DNA of 43,990 bases from Gemmatimonadota bacterium (lineage in GTDB: Bacteria > Gemmatimonadota > Gemmatimonadetes > Gemmatimonadales > GWC2-71-9): assembly GCA_041484865.1 (NCBI GenBank), contig JBGPIJ010000001.1, positions 1-43,990 on the forward strand, given 5' to 3'. The translations under genes and the position numbers were made by a program. The notes below the pieces were generated by a model. That model did no database searches, had not been told where the DNA came from, and saw only the letters and a list, made by a program, of their open reading frames with translations. This document shows, one piece after another, positions 8,359 to 17,606 of the stretch; position 1 is the stretch's first letter; each line of letters opens with the position of its first letter.

Positions 8359-10293
8359 TCAGGCTGGCGCCTCGAACACCCTGGCGTCGGTGAACAGCTG
8401 GAACAGCGGCGCGTCGAGCTGCCCCGATTCGACCTCACACCGCATGATGTCGAGCGCGCGGGCGGAGGCGACCGCTGGTTTATACGGACGGTCGGACGCG
8501 GTGAGCGCGTCGTAGATGTCGCTGATGGTCATCATGCGTGTCTGGAGGGAGATCGCGTCTCCCGTCACCCCCCGGGGGTAGCCGCCCCCGTCCAGTTTCT
8601 CATGGTGGCCGTAGGCGATGCTGGGGATCTGCTGCAGCTCGCGGGTCCAGGGGATCTGCTGCAGGAACCGATAGGTGTGATTCACGTGGCTTTCGATCTC
8701 GAGTCGTTCCTTGGGGTTGAGGCTCCCCTTCGCGATCGTGAGGTAGCGGACCTCTTCCTCGGTGAGATAGGACTGCATCCGCCCCTCCACGTCCTCGTAC
8801 CGCTGCCGCGCGAGGTTCAGGAGGTCGCCGGTGCGCTCCTCCGGCAGCACTGAGGGCTCGTTCGCCATTTCCACGGCCTGCACGAACCGCTCGAGCTCCG
8901 CCACGTCGCGCCCGTGCGCCTCGTCCAGCCGCGCGAGAAACTCCTGATACTCGCCTCGTCCGTGCTGTTCCAGAAACTCGGCGCGCTTGCGCCAGAAATC
9001 GCGCTCCACCGTCCGCCGCAGGAACGCGTAGCGCTGTTTGATCAGCTCGAGATCCTGGGGATAGAGCTTCTTCGCCTTGACCAGCACTTGCTCGCGCACG
9101 CCGACCTTGCCGAAGTCGTGGAGCAGGCCGGCGTAGCGGATCTCGCGCAGCTGCTCCCGCGTGAACCGGACCGCGCGGTACGGGCCGTCCGTCGCGCGGT
9201 CGACGATTTCGGCGAGCCCGACCGTCATCCCGGCGACGCGCCCGCTATGGCCGAACGTCGTGGGATCGCGCTGCTCGATGGCGGTGACCGACGCCAGGAC
9301 GAACCCCTCGAACAGGCGCTCGATATCCTCGTACAGGCGGCTGTTCTCGATCGCCACCGCCGCCTGGCCCGCGAGCGCGTTCACGAGCTCGACGGTTCGC
9401 TTGGAGTACGGCACGACCTGCTCCTCCACCTCCGCCGGCGTGGAGAGCACCGCGTCGAGCTGCCGCTTGCGATTGATGAGCTGGAGCACGCCGATCACCT
9501 GCTCCTTGTGATCCTTCATGGGGATCACGAGCATCGACTTGGTGCGATACCCGTAGCGCTCGTCGAACGAGCGGTTGATCGAGTATTCGACGTCCGGCGG
9601 CAGGAAGTACGCGTCGTCGATGACGAGCGCCTCGCCGGTCGTGGCAGCGTATCCCGCGAGGCTCGAGCGGTCCACGGGGATCGTGAACTCGACGAACGGC
9701 GCCTCGGGCTTGGAAAATGTCTGCGCCAGGCGGAACCGCAGCCGCTTCGTTCCCTGCTCGGTGGTTGCGACGAGGTAGAGGCTGCCGGCGTCCGATCCGG
9801 TGATCCGGCGCGCCTGCGTCAGGATGAGGTCGAGCAGCGTCTTGAGATCGCGCTCCGTGCCGAGCGCGACGCCGATGCGGGTCAGCTCGCCGATCTCCCG
9901 GGAGCGCAAGGCCGCTTCACCGCGGGCCCGCGCTGTTTCCGCCCGGGCGGCGGCTTCGCGGAACCCGCTCCGGATGGCGACGAGGAATTCCCGCGCACCC
10001 GGAGGATGGCGCACGAAGCCGGCGAGCAAGTCCGCCGGCATCTCCTCGGGCACGTCCGCCTCGCCGGGGCGGCCCAGAGCGACGATCGCGCCGCCCGCGT
10101 CTACGAGCGCCCGCAGGACGTCGAGCGGGAACAGGGAGCGGCTCTCCGGATCGAGCAGCAGCACCGTGGGGCGTTCGTCCACGGCGACGTCGCGGGGCAT
10201 GTGTACCTCGCGCACCTCGATCTGAGCGCGGGCGATCACCGGCGCGAGTACCCCCGCCTGCCAGCAGGGGGTGTGGAGGAGCGTGTATCTCAT
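8359..10293 (-). CDS. HD-GYP domain cyclic-di-GMP phosphodiesterase-type protein with a GAF domain and a degenerate receiver-like N-terminus
   Basis: HD...LLHDFGKVGV and GHHEKLDGGGYPRG (HD-GYP signature). A central GAF-like segment is present (LILTQARRITGSDAGSLYLV...). The N-terminal start (10293 versus the internal Met at MPRDV) is uncertain. Confidence 0.8.
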   Translation of the reverse strand: MRYTLLHTPCWQAGVLAPVIARAQIEVREVHMPRDVAVDERPTVLLLDPESRSLFPLDVLRALVDAGGAIVALGRPGEADVPEEMPADLLAGFVRHPPGAREFLVAIRSGFREAAARAETARARGEAALRSREIGELTRIGVALGTERDLKTLLDLILTQARRITGSDAGSLYLVATTEQGTKRLRFRLAQTFSKPEAPFVEFTIPVDRSSLAGYAATTGEALVIDDAYFLPPDVEYSINRSFDERYGYRTKSMLVIPMKDHKEQVIGVLQLINRKRQLDAVLSTPAEVEEQVVPYSKRTVELVNALAGQAAVAIENSRLYEDIERLFEGFVLASVTAIEQRDPTTFGHSGRVAGMTVGLAEIVDRATDGPYRAVRFTREQLREIRYAGLLHDFGKVGVREQVLVKAKKLYPQDLELIKQRYAFLRRTVERDFWRKRAEFLEQHGRGEYQEFLARLDEAHGRDVAELERFVQAVEMANEPSVLPEERTGDLLNLARQRYEDVEGRMQSYLTEEEVRYLTIAKGSLNPKERLEIESHVNHTYRFLQQIPWTRELQQIPSIAYGHHEKLDGGGYPRGVTGDAISLQTRMMTISDIYDALTASDRPYKPAVASARALDIMRCEVESGQLDAPLFQLFTDARVFEAPA

Positions 10294-10318
10294 GGAGCGG
10301 CGGGCGGAACGCCGAGGA

Positions 10319-11044
10319 CTAGGAGTTCTTCAGCCGTCGCAGACCGTCCGTCGCTTCCGCGTATTCGGGAAAGACGCTGATGGCCCGCTGGTACATCTCG
10401 ACCGCCTTGTCGCGCTGCCCCCGGTCCTGGTAGAGCAGAGCGCGCGAGTAGTACGTGAGCGCCTCCGTCGGGACCTGGCGGCTCATGCGCTGATCGGACA
10501 CCGGGCGCACGAGGTTCGGCAGGTTGGCGTCCTTCATGAGCTGCGCGGCGACGGTCTTGATGATGTCGTACAGGCGGTCCCGCTGGGCGCGATTCGTCTC
10601 GACGCGCACGATCTCGCTCGTTTCCACGTTCACGAGCCGGGCATCCACGCGGAAGTCGCCGTAGAAGTCGATGAACGTACCGAGCACGACGTAGCGCGCG
10701 CCCACGAGTTTGCCGATCTTCGCCGCGGTCTGGGGATCCACCCGCCCTGAAGCGCCGAGATTCTGTTCCTCGACGAGCTTCTGGATCTCCTCGCGCTCCA
10801 CGACCCGGGCCGAGGGATTGAGCGCCAGCTCGGAAATCAGCATCCCGGCAATCCCCTTCTGGAGGGCCTCGAAGTCTTCCTTACCCTGTCCGTACGAGCC
10901 GCCGTTGTCGAATGGCAGCACGGCGATGCCGGGCCGGGTATCGGGTCCGCGGCCCTGTGCCCGGAGACCGCCAACCGCGAGCGAAACCAGCGCCACCGAC
11001 GCCCAGGCGAACGTCCAACGCGAACCCATAGGATCTCCTCGCAT
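10319..11044 (-). CDS. Periplasmic CsgG/LpoB/TolB-N-like fold protein with a C-terminal TPR
   Basis: Signal peptide (WTFAWASVALVSLAVGGLRAQ), then IAVLPFDN...GIAGMLISEL...VVEREEIQKLVEEQNL...AKIGKLVGARYVVLGTF, then a TPR-like tail (ALTYYSRALLYQDRGQRDKAVEMYQRAI). The ATG at 11044 shares one nt with the upstream stop (TGATG). Confidence 0.6.
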   Translation of the reverse strand: MRGDPMGSRWTFAWASVALVSLAVGGLRAQGRGPDTRPGIAVLPFDNGGSYGQGKEDFEALQKGIAGMLISELALNPSARVVEREEIQKLVEEQNLGASGRVDPQTAAKIGKLVGARYVVLGTFIDFYGDFRVDARLVNVETSEIVRVETNRAQRDRLYDIIKTVAAQLMKDANLPNLVRPVSDQRMSRQVPTEALTYYSRALLYQDRGQRDKAVEMYQRAISVFPEYAEATDGLRRLKNS

Positions 11045-11922
11045 CAAAGAGTCAGCCTCATGCCTTCCTGCGCGGCCAGGACTTCGTTCGGCTGCCCGCG
11101 CTTGCGGGCCTGGTCGCGCGCAACCGCGACGAGCTCGTCGATCGCGCCGTCGGCGTGCTCGGGCTCGTGATGAAACAGCACGAGCCGATCCACTCCCGCG
11201 TCGGCCGCCACCGCGATCGCCTCCTCGAACGTCGAGTGCCCCCAGCCCCGGTGCGCCTCGAGCTCCGCCGGCGTGTACATCGCGTCGTGAATCAACAGCT
11301 CGGCGCCCGCGAGAAACGCGACGAACTCCTGGCGCCACGCCGGGGATGTGCCGTACTGGCCCCCCGGGCCGAGCTCGTTGTCCGTCACGTACGCCATGCT
11401 CGGCCCGCCGCCCGTGGGCGTCAGGCGGTAGCCGAGCGTGGTGCCCGGATGGCGCAGCCGGAACGAGCGCACCCCAAAGGCGCCCACTCGGAATTCTTCG
11501 ACCTCGACCTGCTGCACCGTCAGCTTTGCCGAAAGCGCATCCAGCGGCACCGGAAAGACGGCCGGGTCCATTTGCTGGCGCAGGATCGCCTCGAGGGACG
11601 TCGTCCCCTGGCGCGATCCCCAGATGCGCACCGAGTTGCCGGGGGAGAACAACGGCTTGAAGTGCGGCAGCCCTTGGATGTGGTCCCAGTGAGCGTGTGA
11701 CAGCAGGATCTCCGCGTTCACCGCCCCGTTCTGCCGCTCCACCAGCTTGAGCCCCAACGCCCGGATGCCCGTCCCCGCGTCGAGAATCACCAGGTCGCCC
11801 TGGGCACTCTCCACGGCAACGCACGGCGTGTTGCCGCCGTACCGCGCCGTGTGCGTCCCCGGCGTTGGTATGGAGCCACGCGTTCCCCAAAAGGTGACCG
11901 TGTAGGGCTTGCGATCTGGCAC
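11044..11922 (-). CDS. MBL-fold metallo-hydrolase (PhnP-like subgroup)
   Basis: FWGTRGSIPTPG...YGGNTPCV...LSHAHWDHIQGLP...GYRL...DAMY...GHST. GTG start read from the reverse complement. Confidence 0.8.
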   Translation of the reverse strand: MPDRKPYTVTFWGTRGSIPTPGTHTARYGGNTPCVAVESAQGDLVILDAGTGIRALGLKLVERQNGAVNAEILLSHAHWDHIQGLPHFKPLFSPGNSVRIWGSRQGTTSLEAILRQQMDPAVFPVPLDALSAKLTVQQVEVEEFRVGAFGVRSFRLRHPGTTLGYRLTPTGGGPSMAYVTDNELGPGGQYGTSPAWRQEFVAFLAGAELLIHDAMYTPAELEAHRGWGHSTFEEAIAVAADAGVDRLVLFHHEPEHADGAIDELVAVARDQARKRGQPNEVLAAQEGMRLTL

Positions 11923-12000
11923 GGTATTGTCCCGCGGCTAAGTTACGGAGAATACACTACGTAGAAAGAGGGGGCCCTCACCGGCGCGGTGTGACGTACC

Positions 12001-12711
12001 TCACGACCGCCCGGCGGCGGCCTCGAGGGCCGCCCGGTCGCGAATCACGATCTCCCGACGGCTCACTTCAACAGAGCCCTTTTCGACCAGCTCTCGCATG
12101 GTGCGGGAAACGGTTTCCCGGCTCGAACCGATCATCTGCGCGATCGTATGGTGCGTCAGACGGCGCGTGATGCGATCGGAGCCCGCCTCGTCGGCGAGAT
12201 CGAGCAGCAGCTGCGCGACGCGTCCGTTGACGTCGAGGAGCACGAGGCTGCCGACCTTCTCATCCACCCGCCGTAGCCGTCGGGACAGCTCGCGCAACAG
12301 CGCCAGCCCGATCCCCGGGGTTTGCTGCAGCTGGCCCTGAAAGTCTTCCCGCCGGATCACGAGCATCGTCGAGTCTTCCATAGCGATCACGTGCGCGGAG
12401 CGGGGCTCGTCGTCGATCAAGGCCATTTCGCCGAAGAATTCCCCCTCACCCATGACGGAGAGAATCACTTCACGCCCGTCCTCGCCGATGAGCACGACCT
12501 TCACCTGGCCCTTGGCGACGACGTACAGCGCGTCCCCCGGGTCGTCCTCGAACAGGATGACCGAGTTCCGCGGATAGGCGCGCTCGCGCGAAATGGCGAC
12601 CACGCGCTCCAGGTCCTCGGGCGCAAGCTGGCTGAAGAGCGGGACTTTCCGGAGGATCTCGGGGACCGACAAGGGTGGATTTTCCTCTAGGGGATGGGTC
12701 AGAAGGGGCAA
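12001..12711 (-). CDS. Crp/Fnr family transcriptional regulator (cNMP-binding domain plus C-terminal HTH)
   Basis: [20 protein letters not shown]...[17 protein letters not shown] (cNMP-binding) and [16 protein letters not shown] (HTH). Confidence 0.85.
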   Translation of the reverse strand: MPLLTHPLEENPPLSVPEILRKVPLFSQLAPEDLERVVAISRERAYPRNSVILFEDDPGDALYVVAKGQVKVVLIGEDGREVILSVMGEGEFFGEMALIDDEPRSAHVIAMEDSTMLVIRREDFQGQLQQTPGIGLALLRELSRRLRRVDEKVGSLVLLDVNGRVAQLLLDLADEAGSDRITRRLTHHTIAQMIGSSRETVSRTMRELVEKGSVEVSRREIVIRDRAALEAAAGRS

Positions 12712-12759
12712 GCTTACGTACTCGACGGCCTGGTGTCAATTCGGCACGCCCTCAGGCGC

Positions 12760-12789
12760 TTGCCGCCAAGTTCAGGTGCCAATTATATT
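12760..12789 (+). promoter_or_regulatory. Candidate sigma-70 promoter for the rpmE-prfA operon
   Basis: TTGCCG (12760-12765) and TATATT (12784-12789) are separated by 18 nt, about 45 nt upstream of the rpmE GTG, in the divergent crp/rpmE intergenic region. Motif match only. Confidence 0.3.
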
Positions 12790-12831
12790 TCGACCCTTCT
12801 AGCGGCCAAGACCCCAGCAAGGAAGTGTGCA

Positions 12832-13044
12832 GTGAAACCCGGGATTCATCCGAAGTATCAGCGTGCCGCGGTGCAATGCGCCTGCGGGAACACCTTTATT
12901 ACCAGTTCCACGGTGCCGGCGATCCACGTGGAAATCTGCTCACAATGTCACCCGTTCTTCACCGGTAAGCAGAAGTTGATGGATACCGCGGGGCGCGTTG
13001 AGCGGTTTCGCAAGAAGTACGCGACGGAGAAAGTCGAGGGCTGA
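12832..13044 (+). CDS. rpmE: 50S ribosomal protein L31
   Basis: [27 protein letters not shown]...[30 protein letters not shown] at 12832 is preceded by AAGGAAG. Confidence 0.9.
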   Translation: MKPGIHPKYQRAAVQCACGNTFITSSTVPAIHVEICSQCHPFFTGKQKLMDTAGRVERFRKKYATEKVEG

Positions 13045-13047
13045 GTC

Positions 13048-14106
13048 GTGGAGGCCCGACTCCGCCAGGCGCTCGCGCGGGCGGAGGATGTCGCCCGTGA
13101 GCTGGCTGACCCCGAAACCGCGCGGAATCCTGCCAAACTGAAACAACTGGGTCGCGAGCACGCGCGGCTCGACGCCATCCGGCAATGCCACGTGCGGCTT
13201 GAGCGGCTCGAGCGGGAGCTGGCCCAGACCCGCGAGGTTCTCCACGACCGAGACCCCGAGTTGTCCCAACTGGCGCAGGCCGACGTCGAACGCCTGCAAC
13301 CCGAGCTGGAACGGCTCGAGCACACGCTGAATGACCTGCTCGTCCCCACCGATCCGCTCGACGATCGCGACGCCATTGTGGAGATCCGCGCCGGAACCGG
13401 GGGCGATGAAGCCGCGCTCTTCGCGGCCGACCTGTTCCGCATGTATACCCGGTACTCCGAACGGCGCGGCTGGAAGATCGAAATCGTGTCCCTCTCCGAG
13501 GGCACGCTGGGTGGTCTGAAGGAAGCGGTGTTCGCGGCGCGCGGGCCGAAGGTGTACGGCACGCTGCGCTACGAGTCGGGTGTGCATCGCGTGCAACGCG
13601 TCCCGGTGACCGAGGCGCAAGGGCGCATTCATACGTCCGCGGCGACCGTCGCCGTGCTGCCGGAAGCGGAAGAAGTGGACGTGAAGATCGAGGAGAAGGA
13701 CCTGCGCATCGACGTGTTCCGCTCGTCGGGGCCCGGCGGGCAGAGCGTGAACACCACCGATTCCGCGGTACGCATCACCCATCTCCCCACGGGACTCGTC
13801 GTGCAGTGCCAGGATCAGAAGTCGCAACTCCAGAACAAGATCAAAGCGCTCGAGATCCTGCGCTCGCGCTTGCTCGACCGCATCGTGGCGGAGCAGGAAG
13901 CGGCACGAGCCCACGACCGCCGCACGCAGGTGGGGACCGGCGATCGTTCGGCGAAGATTCGTACCTACAATTTTCCTCAGAATCGGGTCACCGATCATCG
14001 GATCCACTACACGGTGCACAACCTGAGTGAGGTGTTGGACGGCAAGCTGGACGATCTGATCGGGGCGCTCAAACTCGCGGGCGAACAGGAGCGTGTCAGT
14101 GCCTAA
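13048..14106 (+). CDS. prfA: Peptide chain release factor 1
   Basis: GGQ motif (SGPGGQSVNTTDSAVRITHLPTG), an RF1-type PxT tripeptide (PVT), and an uninterrupted 352-aa ORF. Confidence 0.9.
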   Translation: MEARLRQALARAEDVARELADPETARNPAKLKQLGREHARLDAIRQCHVRLERLERELAQTREVLHDRDPELSQLAQADVERLQPELERLEHTLNDLLVPTDPLDDRDAIVEIRAGTGGDEAALFAADLFRMYTRYSERRGWKIEIVSLSEGTLGGLKEAVFAARGPKVYGTLRYESGVHRVQRVPVTEAQGRIHTSAATVAVLPEAEEVDVKIEEKDLRIDVFRSSGPGGQSVNTTDSAVRITHLPTGLVVQCQDQKSQLQNKIKALEILRSRLLDRIVAEQEAARAHDRRTQVGTGDRSAKIRTYNFPQNRVTDHRIHYTVHNLSEVLDGKLDDLIGALKLAGEQERVSA

Positions 14107-14992
14107 CGCGCTCTCCGGGGAGCGAGCCTCCATCGACGGGATGCTGCGGGAGGCCGCCGCGCGCCTCGAACCGGCGCTGGGAGCGGGGGCCGGCCGGCGT
14201 GAGGCGCGCGCGCTCTGGGCGGCCGTGGCGGACGTGACGGCGGGAGACGCTTGGCTGCACGGTGACCGGCTCCCCGCGGAGGAGCTCGCGGCGCGGTTTC
14301 AGGATGCCGTGCGGCGCCGGGCGCGCGGCGAGCCGTTTGCCTACGCCGCCGGACGGGCATCATTCCGCATGACGGACTTGCGGCTCGACCCGCGCGCGCT
14401 CATTCCGCGGCCCGAGACCGAAGGGCTCGTGGACCTCGCGTTACGCTGGTCCGAACGGGCGGGATGGGGGCCGGGCGGCACCGCCGCCGATCTCGGGACG
14501 GGGTCCGGGTGCATCGCCCTGAGTCTCGCCGGGGAAGGCGCGTTCGAGCGCGTCGTCGCGGTCGAGCGCTCAGCCGCCGCCGCCGCCCTCGCGCGCGAGA
14601 ACGTCCGGCGCGTGCGGCCGCCCGTACCGGTAGAGGTGCGCGAAGGCGACTGGCTCGAACCCCTCGCGGGCGAACGGTTCCGGCTGATCGTGACGAACCC
14701 GCCGTACCTCACGACCGAGGAGTACGCCGCGCTCGATCTCCCGGTGCGCGGCTTCGAGCCGCGGGACGCGCTGGTGAGCGGGCCCGATGGTCTGGACGCG
14801 ACGCGCTGCATCCTCGCGGGCGCTGCGCGGCTCCTCGAGCCCGGTGGCGCTCTCGTTATCGAGATCGACGAGCGGCGCGGAGACGCCGTCCGGCGTCTCG
14901 CGACGGAGCACGGGTGGGCGTCGGCGCTCATCCACGACGATCTGTTCGGCCGGCCGCGGTATGCTCTCGTACTGCCCAGGGGGGACGCGTAA
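14093..14992 (+). CDS. prmC: Release factor glutamine N5-methyltransferase PrmC/HemK
   Basis: DLGTGSGCIALSLA (SAM-binding) and IVTNPPY (NPPY catalytic motif). It lies immediately after prfA. The start could be a few codons downstream. Confidence 0.85.
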   Translation: MSVPNALSGERASIDGMLREAAARLEPALGAGAGRREARALWAAVADVTAGDAWLHGDRLPAEELAARFQDAVRRRARGEPFAYAAGRASFRMTDLRLDPRALIPRPETEGLVDLALRWSERAGWGPGGTAADLGTGSGCIALSLAGEGAFERVVAVERSAAAAALARENVRRVRPPVPVEVREGDWLEPLAGERFRLIVTNPPYLTTEEYAALDLPVRGFEPRDALVSGPDGLDATRCILAGAARLLEPGGALVIEIDERRGDAVRRLATEHGWASALIHDDLFGRPRYALVLPRGDA

Positions 14993-15343
14993 ATGGACGA
15001 GAAGGCGCTGGAGCTCGGTCGTCTGCTGGGCCAGAGCGAAGAGTACCGGGCGCTGGTGCGGGCGACCGACCGTATGAAAGACGACGCGCAGGTGCAGCAG
15101 GTGCTCACCGAAGTCGAGCGGTTGGCCCAGGAGATGGAGCGGTCGGCGCAGGCGGGACGCGAGCCGACGAAGGAACAAGTCGAGCAATACGACCGTGCCT
15201 TGCAGGCCGCCCAGGGCAATCCGGTGTACCAGCAGGTAGTCGCCGCCCAGGCGAACTTCGAGAAGTTGATGGCCAAGGTGAACGCGCGGATCTACGAAGG
15301 GTTGAAGAAGGGTGCGGCGAGCCCCATCATCACCTTGGGTTGA
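14993..15343 (+). CDS. YlbF/YmcA (UPF0342)-like small helical protein, cysteine-free
   Basis: ELGRLLGQSEEYRALVRA...DDAQVQQVLTEVERL...NPVYQQVVAAQANFEKLM resembles Com_YlbF-type proteins. The ATG directly abuts the prmC TAA. Confidence 0.5.
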   Translation: MDEKALELGRLLGQSEEYRALVRATDRMKDDAQVQQVLTEVERLAQEMERSAQAGREPTKEQVEQYDRALQAAQGNPVYQQVVAAQANFEKLMAKVNARIYEGLKKGAASPIITLG

Positions 15344-15987
15344 CGTTGCCCCAAGGACGGGGAGGGCTCTTTCTGGTGGTCGAAGGCCCGGAAGGGGCGG
15401 GAAAGTCCACCCTGGTGCGCTGGCTCGCGAGTCAGCTCATCGCCGATGGCCGGCAGGTGGTGGCGGTGCGGGAGCCTGGGGGCACGCCGGTGGCGGAAGC
15501 AGCCCGGAAGGTGGTCCTCACCTTTCCCCACGCGCTGCCGGCGGCCTCGGAGCTGTTTCTGATGCTCGCCGCGCGCGCCGATCTCACCGAGCAGGTGATC
15601 CGGCCGGCGCTCGAGGCTGGACAGGTGGTGCTGGCCGACCGGTTCGATCTGTCGACGTTCGCCTACCAGGTGGCGGGCCGCGGCCTGTCGCGGGGGGACG
15701 TCGAAGCGGCGAATCGCGTCGCGACGGGTGGTCTCGTTCCGGACATCACCCTCGTGCTCGACGTCCCCGTCGAGGTCGGACGGGAGCGCCAGCGCCGCGC
15801 GCGGAAGGTGCGAGACCGCTTCGAGCGGGAAGGCGCAGCGTTTCACCAGCGTGTGCTGCGGGAGTACCGTGAGGCACAGGGCCCGGGCGTGATCCACGTG
15901 GACGCGTCTCAGCCGAAGGAAGCAGTGCAGCAGGCCGCGTGGCGCGAGGTGCAGAGCGCGGCCGCCCATCCGAATCGAGGAGTGTGA
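15340..15987 (+). CDS. tmk: Thymidylate kinase
   Basis: FLVVEGPEGAGKST (P-loop)...VREPGGTP...DRF..S..AYQ. The TTG at 15340 overlaps the preceding TGA; the TTG at 15346 is an alternative start. Confidence 0.85.
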   Translation: MTLPQGRGGLFLVVEGPEGAGKSTLVRWLASQLIADGRQVVAVREPGGTPVAEAARKVVLTFPHALPAASELFLMLAARADLTEQVIRPALEAGQVVLADRFDLSTFAYQVAGRGLSRGDVEAANRVATGGLVPDITLVLDVPVEVGRERQRRARKVRDRFEREGAAFHQRVLREYREAQGPGVIHVDASQPKEAVQQAAWREVQSAAAHPNRGV

Positions 15988-17606
15988 TGATGAAGCCCCG
16001 CAAGGCGATTCTAATCGTGACGGTCACCGTGCTCGCCTTCGCCAGCGGCGGTTGGCTGCTCCAGCGCGACACCGCGCCCGCCGGCTCGGTCTACCAGCAG
16101 GCGCGCCTGTTCGAAGAGGTGCTGTCGCGCGTCGCCGACTACTACGTCGATTCGCTGGACGAGCGCCAGCTGTACCAGATGGCCATCGATGGGTTGCTCG
16201 ACCAGCTCCACGACCCGTATTCGGTCTTCCTGAAGCGGGACGACTTCCGCGCGCTCTCCGAGGCGACCTCGGGGAACTATGGCGGTCTCGGCATTCAGAT
16301 CGATGTGCGCGACGGCTGGATCACGGTCGTGGCGCCGTTGCCCGACACGCCCGCCGAGCGCGCCGGCATCAAGTCGGGCGACCAGATCGTGGCCCTGGAC
16401 GGCCGCGCCACCGAAGGGTGGAAGAACGACCAGGCCGTGAAGGAGCTGCGCGGGCAGCCGGGCACGCCCGTGGAGCTGAAGGTGCGGCGGGTGGGGACGG
16501 ATCAGCCGCTCACGTTCAAGCTGACCCGCGCCATGATTCACGTTCATTCCGTGTACCTGTCGATGATGCTGGACGACCGGGTCGGCTACGTCGCGTTGTC
16601 TCCTGTGAGTGAGACTTCCGCCCAGGAGTTGACCGACGCGATCGTCGCACTCCGCAAGGACGGCATGCGGTCGCTGATTCTCGATATGCGCGGCAACCCC
16701 GGCGGTCTCCTGGACCAGGGGATCGCGGCGAGCGACCTCTTTCTCGATCCGGGTCAGGAGGTCGTCGAGACCCGCGGCCGCGCGCCCAACAGCTCGCGGG
16801 TGTATCGCGACTCGAAGCCGCAGCCATGGCCCGGCATGCCGATCGTCGTGCTGGTGAACGGCGGCACGGCCAGCGCGGCCGAGATCATCGCCGGCGCGCT
16901 ACAGGATCACGACCGCGCGGTGCTCGTCGGCACGCCCACGTTCGGCAAGGGGCTCGTACAGTCCCTCTGGCCGCTCTCCTCCGAGACGGCGCTCAAACTG
17001 ACGACCGCGCGGTGGTATACGCCGAGCGGCCGCACCATCCAGAGGAAGAGCCGCAACGAAGCGGATCAGGAAGCGCAGGTCGTGCTGGCGGAGCAGGGGC
17101 GCGACACGACCAAGCCTGACACCAGTCATGTGTTTCGGACCGATGGCGGCCGTACCGAATACGGCGGCGGCGGGATCCGGCCCGACCTCTTCGTCTCGAC
17201 CGACACCCTGACGGCTTCCGAGCGGGCCTTCTTGAAGGCACTTGGGGGAAAGGTGAGCCTGTATCGGGACGTGCTCTCGAGCTACTCGCTCGAGTTGAAG
17301 GGGAGCGGGCGCTTGAAGGATCCGACGTTCCCCGTCACGCCTGATATGGTGACCGAGGTGCTGCACCGGCTGCGCACGCGGGGGCTCGACATGCCGGACA
17401 GCATCGTGACCGGGGTGCGGGCCTTGATCAGCCACGAGCTGGGTTACGAAGCCACGCAGTACAGCTTTGGGCGGACGGCCGAGGCCCGGCGCCGGCTGGC
17501 CGACGACCGCCAGTTCCAGCAGGCGCTCACGCTCGTGCGGCGGGCGAAGTCCCCGCAGGATCTCCTGGCCCTGGCCGCCACGGAGCCGAGCGCTACGCGG
17601 AACTAG
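15987..17606 (+). CDS. ctpA: S41 family C-terminal processing peptidase (PDZ domain)
   Basis: PDZ domain (GGLGIQI...PAERAGIKSGDQIVALDG), catalytic Ser region (VNGGTASAAEIIAGAL) and Lys region (TFGKGLVQ). The ATG shares one nt with the tmk TGA. Confidence 0.85.
   Translation: MMKPRKAILIVTVTVLAFASGGWLLQRDTAPAGSVYQQARLFEEVLSRVADYYVDSLDERQLYQMAIDGLLDQLHDPYSVFLKRDDFRALSEATSGNYGGLGIQIDVRDGWITVVAPLPDTPAERAGIKSGDQIVALDGRATEGWKNDQAVKELRGQPGTPVELKVRRVGTDQPLTFKLTRAMIHVHSVYLSMMLDDRVGYVALSPVSETSAQELTDAIVALRKDGMRSLILDMRGNPGGLLDQGIAASDLFLDPGQEVVETRGRAPNSSRVYRDSKPQPWPGMPIVVLVNGGTASAAEIIAGALQDHDRAVLVGTPTFGKGLVQSLWPLSSETALKLTTARWYTPSGRTIQRKSRNEADQEAQVVLAEQGRDTTKPDTSHVFRTDGGRTEYGGGGIRPDLFVSTDTLTASERAFLKALGGKVSLYRDVLSSYSLELKGSGRLKDPTFPVTPDMVTEVLHRLRTRGLDMPDSIVTGVRALISHELGYEATQYSFGRTAEARRRLADDRQFQQALTLVRRAKSPQDLLALAATEPSATRN

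Noticed and set aside
13048-14106. A programmed +1 frameshift of the kind found in release factor genes.
   Set aside because: That mechanism belongs to prfB (RF2). This gene is RF1 (PxT tripeptide PVT, GGQ motif) and is a single uninterrupted ORF.
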